Source of the DNA: Methanothermobacter thermautotrophicus str. Delta H
GTDB taxonomy: Archaea; Methanobacteriota; Methanobacteria; Methanobacteriales; Methanothermobacteraceae
Length of the DNA stretch: 32,000 nt
Direction of reading: 5' to 3'
Assembly (NCBI RefSeq): GCF_000008645.1
Contig: NC_000916.1
Coordinates: 810,001 to 842,000, forward strand
The notes beneath the pieces were generated by a model. It was given only the letters and a program-made list of their open reading frames with translations, was not told the origin of the DNA and did not search any database. The position numbers and the translations under genes were made by a program. Shown here piece by piece: positions 26,587-32,000 of this stretch (positions are counted from its first letter, which is position 1; every line of letters starts with the position of its first letter).

Positions 26587-27893
26587 GCGTCTATAAAAAT
26601 GTGACATGTCCCGTCTGCGGAGGGTCTTGTGATGACATAGAGGTTCTCTATGATGGGAAAACAATAAAAACAAGGAATGCTTGCAGGATGGGGAATGCAA
26701 AGTTTCAGGAGATGGTCAGCTCCCACAGAATACTTAGACCCCAGATTAAAACTGAAAGTGGTTTCAGATCCGCAGAATGGGATGAAGCCCTTGACGCTGC
26801 AGCAGAGATACTTACAGAGTCAAAAAGACCAACCCTATTCATGGGTAGTGAGATGTCAACTGAAGCCATGGCTGCAGGTCTTGAACTTGGTGAGTATCTA
26901 AATGCCATGGTGGATTCAAATGCAACCATATGTCATGGCCCCACATTAATGGGAATCCAGGAAGCTGGACAGAGCGCTGCTACGGCAGGTGAGATAAAGA
27001 ATAGAGCTGACGTCATCATTTATTGGGGTACAAATGTTATGGACTCCATGCCTCGCCACATGTCACGTTACAGCATATTCATGCGCGGATTTTTCAGAGA
27101 ACGTGGTAAAAAAGATAGGACTGTCATCTCCGTGGATCCCCGTGAAACAGCAACAACTAAAGCCTCCGATATCCATCTGCAGCTGAAACCAAACTCAGAT
27201 TATGAACTCTTTTCAGCACTGCTTACAGTTATAAGGGGCAATGAACCGCACAGGAGTATTGAGAGTATAACCGGGATATCAGTTGAAACCATAAAGGAAG
27301 TCGCAGACATAATGCTGAATGCGCAGTTTGGAGCCATCTATGGGGGTCTTGGACTTGCATCATCAGAAGGTAAGCATAGAAACGTTGAGATGGTTCTCAA
27401 ACTGGTAGCTGCACTTAATGAACACACCAAATTTACAATAGGAGCCATAAGAGGTCATTGTAATGTCGCAGGATTTAATCAGGTGGCTTCATGGGAATAT
27501 GGTTTCCCCTTTGGTGTTGATTTTACAAGGGGTTATCCACGCTACAACCCCGGAGAAACAACTATAGTCGATCTTCTCCAGAGAAAAGAATCCGATGCAG
27601 TCCTCGTTATATGTTCAGATCTTGGAGCTCACCTCCCCAAAGAATGCGTTGAGTATATGAAAGAGATTCCTGTAATATGCATAGATATTGCCCCATGTCC
27701 AACAACACTTGTATCCGATGTTGTGATCCCTGGAGTTATTGATGCTATGGAGTCCAGCGGCACCTTCTACCGCTTTGACAATGTTCCCATCCACCATAAG
27801 GCATTCACAACATCACCATTCCCTGAAACAGAGAGCAACGAACATACTCTTAGACAGATCCTTGAGAGGGTTAAATCAATTAAAGGCGAATAA
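26583..27893 (+). CDS. fmdB: Molybdenum formylmethanofuran dehydrogenase subunit B
   Basis: CPVCGGSCDDIEV cluster region, NATICHGPT (Cys at the metal ligand position), VISVDPRETATTKASDIHLQLKP. Overlaps the fmdC stop by 4 nt. Confidence 0.93.
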   Translation: MSVYKNVTCPVCGGSCDDIEVLYDGKTIKTRNACRMGNAKFQEMVSSHRILRPQIKTESGFRSAEWDEALDAAAEILTESKRPTLFMGSEMSTEAMAAGLELGEYLNAMVDSNATICHGPTLMGIQEAGQSAATAGEIKNRADVIIYWGTNVMDSMPRHMSRYSIFMRGFFRERGKKDRTVISVDPRETATTKASDIHLQLKPNSDYELFSALLTVIRGNEPHRSIESITGISVETIKEVADIMLNAQFGAIYGGLGLASSEGKHRNVEMVLKLVAALNEHTKFTIGAIRGHCNVAGFNQVASWEYGFPFGVDFTRGYPRYNPGETTIVDLLQRKESDAVLVICSDLGAHLPKECVEYMKEIPVICIDIAPCPTTLVSDVVIPGVIDAMESSGTFYRFDNVPIHHKAFTTSPFPETESNEHTLRQILERVKSIKGE

Positions 27894-27900
27894 ATATCTG

Positions 27901-28998
27901 CTAACCATTTTTATTTTTTTCTCCTATGATACGGACATTCGTGGCTTTAATCAGAACTTGAAACTCTTCGCCCGTTCTTATACCAAGCTCAGTGACTGCG
28001 CCTGGAGTTACAGCCGAGGTCAGAACTATATCCCCTATCCTCAAGTTTACATAAACAATCCTTGAAGTTTCTATAATGTCTTCAACTGTACCCTTGAAGA
28101 TATTCTGTGCAGATGCCATAAACGGATCAGCTGCTATCATTATATTTTCTGGTCTGATGGAAAGTATCACAGACCCCTCCCCGCAGTCAACTGTCCTGAA
28201 GATATTTGAATTAACATTTACAGAGGTGAGCCCATTCACCTGGCCTTTAACAGTCCCTTCAAGTATATTAGCACCCAGAAAATCTGCAACAAAGTAGGGC
28301 GATGGTTTATTGATGACTTCCTCCTTTTTACCCATCTGAATGATTTTTCCATGATTCATCACCGCCACCTTATTTGAAAGCCACCATATATCATCAAGGT
28401 CATGTGTAACATGGATCACAGTGGTTTCAAAATTATCCCTGATATCTGCGATAAGTTTTCTTAGGGATATCTTTGTTCTCTGGTCAAGGGCACTGAATGG
28501 TTCATCCATCAATAGCAATCGGGGATTCACTATGATTGCCCTTGCTATCGATGCCCTCTGGAGCTCACCTCCACTGAGGGTTCCAGGGTATCTATTCAGT
28601 ACGTGATCTATACCCATCATAGCTGCGATTTCATGGACTTGTCTGTGAATATTTTCCTTCATCTCTGTCTGCTTACGAAGGCCGTAGGCTATATTCTCCT
28701 CCACGGTCATGTGAGGGAAGAGACAGTGGTCCTGATATACTATGCTAACATCACGTTCCTCAGGTGGGAGGGTGGTTAGATCCGCCCCATCAAGAGATAT
28801 CGTCCCCGAAATCGGTTCAAAGAATCCCATGATGGTCTCAAGAAAGATAGACTTACCACTACCAGTCGGGCCGATTATAACAAGATAATCTCCCCTCGAA
28901 AGGTGGAGTTCATCTACCCTGACTACAAATTCGCCAAGGTCGATTTCTAAATTATCTATATCCAGAAAACTCATTCCCATAAGCCCCCATTTTTTCAA
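27901..28998 (-). CDS. modC: Molybdate/tungstate-type ABC transporter ATP-binding protein
   Basis: Walker A GPTGSGKS, signature LSGGELQRASIARAI, Walker B LLLMDEPFSALD, C-terminal TOBE-like region. Gene neighbourhood with modB/modA/fmd. Confidence 0.82.
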   Translation of the reverse strand: MKKWGLMGMSFLDIDNLEIDLGEFVVRVDELHLSRGDYLVIIGPTGSGKSIFLETIMGFFEPISGTISLDGADLTTLPPEERDVSIVYQDHCLFPHMTVEENIAYGLRKQTEMKENIHRQVHEIAAMMGIDHVLNRYPGTLSGGELQRASIARAIIVNPRLLLMDEPFSALDQRTKISLRKLIADIRDNFETTVIHVTHDLDDIWWLSNKVAVMNHGKIIQMGKKEEVINKPSPYFVADFLGANILEGTVKGQVNGLTSVNVNSNIFRTVDCGEGSVILSIRPENIMIAADPFMASAQNIFKGTVEDIIETSRIVYVNLRIGDIVLTSAVTPGAVTELGIRTGEEFQVLIKATNVRIIGEKNKNG

Positions 28999-29761
28999 GG
29001 AAAAATATTGTTATGAATGAAATTATCATAAGGAAGATACCGGATGCCACAGCCATCTCCACGTTTCCATAGGATAAATTAAGATACAGAGATATAGGGA
29101 GAGTATCTGTTTTCTGATAGGTACCTCCGGCAACTATCAGTACCGCTCCAAAGCAGCCTATGCACCTTGAAAAGGTAATTATTGTTGCAGCTAATATTCC
29201 ATCCCTGGATAAAGGGATCATGATATTTCTGAACGTCTCAAATTCTGTATATCCAAGGGAACGGGAAACAAATTTGAGTCTCCTATCGATGTTACAGAAT
29301 GTTGAGTAACATATTCTGACCGTATACGGTAAAGAGACAAAGAACTGTGCACAGATGACTCCAAGATCCGTGAAGACTATCTGAATACCGAGTCCATCCA
29401 TCATATAATTTAGAGGGGTGTTTCCAAGAAATATGAGAAGCATTATACCTATAAGAATTTCAGGTAATGCTATAGGAATATCCAGCACTGTTTTAACAAT
29501 GGATTTCCCTCTGAAGGAGTCCTCTGATAGTGAATAAGCAATGAGCAGCGCAGATAACATCACAATCAGTGTTGTTATAGTGGATGTTAAAAGAGATAAT
29601 TTCACTGAGTGGATCATATCAGCACTTCTGAATGAATCCAGGATGGATTGCGGAGAGGATACTGTCCAGAGTGAAATACATATTATAAAAAATGCGGCCA
29701 CAAAGATGACCGCAAAGAATCTGCAAGTACCTCTGAAAATACTCACTCGCTCAATGGACAA
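28952..29761 (-). CDS. modB: Molybdate/tungstate-type ABC transporter permease
   Basis: Multi-TM permease with EAA-like region LGYTEFETFRNIMIPLSRDGILAATIITFSRCIGCFGAVLIVAG. Overlaps 28998. Confidence 0.8.
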   Translation of the reverse strand: MSIERVSIFRGTCRFFAVIFVAAFFIICISLWTVSSPQSILDSFRSADMIHSVKLSLLTSTITTLIVMLSALLIAYSLSEDSFRGKSIVKTVLDIPIALPEILIGIMLLIFLGNTPLNYMMDGLGIQIVFTDLGVICAQFFVSLPYTVRICYSTFCNIDRRLKFVSRSLGYTEFETFRNIMIPLSRDGILAATIITFSRCIGCFGAVLIVAGGTYQKTDTLPISLYLNLSYGNVEMAVASGIFLMIISFITIFFLEKMGAYGNEFSGYR

Positions 29762-30451
29762 AACCGTTCAACCCCCATCAGTGCTGCTAACCCTGCTATC
29801 GTTGTTCCATAAAATATTACTCTTTTATCTGATGCCATGGCCATGATATCTTCAAATGTACCGTTAGCTACAGTAGAACCGGTTACCACTAAAACATCAG
29901 AATTCTGAATTATCTTCTTATTGCATTTTTTTGCATCAAATACATCTACACCATATTTTTTGCCCTTATTTCCAGGATTCAGATCTGTAACCCGCAATCT
30001 GTCTCCAAATGTCTCGTGAAGTTTCCTTACAAACGCCGGTTGAAACCCAAGCAAAGCAACTCTGTCATATCCCAGCAATTCAAGGTAATCTGAAAGTAAT
30101 TCAGCACACCTTTCAGGAGCGTTTCCAGTGCAGTGAACTGTCCTATCAATGAAACCCTTTCTTCCTCATGAGTGCATTGAAAGTAGCTATCAAACACGAT
30201 TGTTTCCCTTTTACTAAAAGTTCCCCGAGGGTTCCTCTGAAATGAGTGGGAGTAGCTGTGAAGCACTCCCCTACAGTACCATCTTCAAGAGTCGCTCTGA
30301 GCATGACCTCTCTCCCCTCAACAAGAGGATAATCCTTGATGGTTGATGTATCAAGGAGAGGGTTCTTCACAGAGATCTCGACATATGTGGACTCCATGGC
30401 TGACGAATGTATCAGATAGTTCATTTTATCCCTGATAAACTCATGTATCAT
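29743..30451 (-). pseudogene. DUF4213/DUF364 (putative heavy-metal-chelation) protein, frameshifted near 30150-30165
   Basis: N-terminal frame 30451-30146 ends NALMRKKGFH*. The adjacent frame continues GFIDRTVHCTGNAPERCAELLSDYLELLGYDRVALLGFQPAFVRKL... to 29743. Confidence 0.75.
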
Positions 30452-30472
30452 GGTATCAGATCCTGGTTTAAA

Positions 30473-31255
30473 TCAGAAAATGACTTTGAACCCCCATTTT
30501 TCCCATATAACCCTGGCCTCATCTGATTTAATGTATTCAACGAATTCTTTTGATGTTTCAACGTTTCCTGAAATTGAAGTGACCGCTGCGGGTATTGTCT
30601 GGTTCTTTGCTCCCTCGATTTCAATCATTTCCAGCTTTGATTTACTGTTGTTCCATGTCAACATGTCCTCCCATATTATAACTGCATCTACCTGTCCTGA
30701 GAGGATGTATGTTAAGAGCTGATTAACTGTCGGAGTCTTCGCAACTAAATTTTCATTTATATTTACGCCCTCTTTATCAAGCATTTTCTGGGCGACTTTG
30801 CCTATCGCGCATGCCTTGGGATCTCCTATCGCAACTCTCACGTTTTCTTTACCCAGATCTTTAAGGGAGGTTATGTTCTTCGGATTTCCCCTTTTAACGG
30901 CTATGACGGGTTTATGTGAGGTCACATTCACAATGGTATCATTGATTATGTAACCCTTTTCTTTTGCCTTGTCCATTGTCGTATATTCGCCTGTTATGAG
31001 TACATCGCCCTTTTTTGATGTCATCAGTGTTGCAAGAAGTTCTCCTGAACCCCCATACTGAACATTAACCTTTTTTCCTGTCTTTTTCTCAAAATTAGTT
31101 ATTATCTCATTCATTGGTTTCATGAGCCCTGCCCCTGCAAGGACTGTGATCTCTGATCCCTTCATAGTCTTTGAATTTCCTGTGATAAGATACGCTCCTG
31201 TAACCGCTGAAAGGATCAGCAACCCTATTACAAACGCCATTATCTTCTTATCCAT
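30473..31255 (-). CDS. modA: Molybdate/tungstate-type substrate-binding protein
   Basis: N-terminal hydrophobic segment, EITVLAGAGLMKPMNEIITNFEKKTGKKVNVQYGGSGELLATL ... VRVAIGDPKACAIGKVAQKML ... GQVDAVIIWEDML. Confidence 0.85.
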   Translation of the reverse strand: MDKKIMAFVIGLLILSAVTGAYLITGNSKTMKGSEITVLAGAGLMKPMNEIITNFEKKTGKKVNVQYGGSGELLATLMTSKKGDVLITGEYTTMDKAKEKGYIINDTIVNVTSHKPVIAVKRGNPKNITSLKDLGKENVRVAIGDPKACAIGKVAQKMLDKEGVNINENLVAKTPTVNQLLTYILSGQVDAVIIWEDMLTWNNSKSKLEMIEIEGAKNQTIPAAVTSISGNVETSKEFVEYIKSDEARVIWEKWGFKVIF

Positions 31256-31257
31256 GA

Positions 31258-31968
31258 TCAGGCCTCCATTACCCTGTAGATTATTCCTCCATCTTTTTCA
31301 TGTAACATGCCCTCATTGAACCTTATTTTCTTTAGAATATTAACAGGATCAGTTATTTCAACCCCTGCAATCATATCAACCCCGTATTCAAAAAAAACAT
31401 CTGTCATTGGCGTTGTGGGTCCTATGATAGCCACAAAAGCATCAAGTTCTGCCAGTGCAAGGTAACGTTCTGTGCTGTGATTGACCAGTGTGCTGCCAGT
31501 CACTGCAAGTACATCAACCCGGGGGATAATCTGTTCAGCCGCTGTTTCAGGAAAAACACCCCTTTTAGGATTGACCTTAAATGGATTGATCTCCAGAATA
31601 TAGAACTCGTCCGAAACCGTCCTTATCCTGTCAGTGTAGCGGCGTGGGAATTCACCCACCATAGCGATTTTTCGATTTCGGCATTCCTCCATCAGTATAT
31701 CAAATGCATTGCATCGTTTACCACCTCCCTCGATCACTGAGTTAACAGTAGCAATTCCCAGGCTGGAATAAAATGGGTCCCATGACCTTGAAAGTTCAAG
31801 TAATTCATGAGTCATCTCTGGAATTTCAAAATCTCTGATGAATCCATTATTACTGGCTATACCGCAGGAGCTGCTCCAAACAGCCGTCCATGATCTGCCT
31901 ATGGCCACATCCCTTACTCTGATTTCAGGCATGTTCTCAATCTCATCCAGTATATCATCAAGTATCAT
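31258..31968 (-). CDS. DUF364-family (putative heavy-metal-chelation) protein
   Basis: VRDVAIGRSWTAVWSS, GIATVNSVI, KIAMVGEFPRRYTDRIR, VDVLAVTGSTLVNHSTERYLAL, IIGPTTPMTDVFFEYGVDMIAG. Confidence 0.78.
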   Translation of the reverse strand: MILDDILDEIENMPEIRVRDVAIGRSWTAVWSSSCGIASNNGFIRDFEIPEMTHELLELSRSWDPFYSSLGIATVNSVIEGGGKRCNAFDILMEECRNRKIAMVGEFPRRYTDRIRTVSDEFYILEINPFKVNPKRGVFPETAAEQIIPRVDVLAVTGSTLVNHSTERYLALAELDAFVAIIGPTTPMTDVFFEYGVDMIAGVEITDPVNILKKIRFNEGMLHEKDGGIIYRVMEA

Positions 31969-32000
31969 AATAGCACCAGTATAATGGCAATTTCGGGCAT

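Noticed and set aside
30027-30266. Minus-strand ORF 30027-30266 (79 aa) covering the DUF364 break.
   Set aside because: It is the third frame across the frameshift; its sequence matches neither the DUF364 N- nor C-terminal domain.

Overview
The window is gene-dense and archaeal. It resembles Methanothermobacter: the 77-aa CxxC thioredoxin-like protein at 4400-4633 matches my memory of M. thermautotrophicus MTH895, and fmdECB/tfx, ACR3 and archaeal DnaG/XerA are all present. I ran no database search. Main blocks: (1) 3' end of dnaG, a Lon-like AAA+ ATPase lacking a protease domain, and xerA; (2) a co-directional arsenic/redox cluster (COG0701 permease, thioredoxin-like, Cys-rich protein, ProC-like oxidoreductase, Usp, ArsR, ACR3) at 3.4-7.6 kb; (3) two overlapping receiver/histidine-kinase genes; (4) a TudS(DUF523)-DUF1722 fusion followed immediately by a class II photolyase, a likely near-UV protection pair; (5) bioY, DUF1284 and an Fe-S aldo/keto reductase; (6) small secreted and parallel beta-helix surface proteins; (7) a divergent RNase J-like beta-CASP protein; (8) an apparent molybdenum locus at about 21-32 kb: a surface protein with two FmdE-like segments split by one in-frame TAG, a small kinase, Tfx, fmdE-fmdC-fmdB, and a converging molybdate-type ABC operon interleaved with two DUF364-family genes. 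Several genes are broken by a single indel or stop (about 11.07, 12.74, 13.80, 22.28 and 30.16 kb). Each should be checked as a sequencing error versus a real lesion or recoding event. The best candidates for something undescribed are the expanded molybdenum locus and the noncoding region with a perfect 10-bp-arm palindrome at 20.85 kb. No CRISPR, rRNA or tRNA was recognised by eye.
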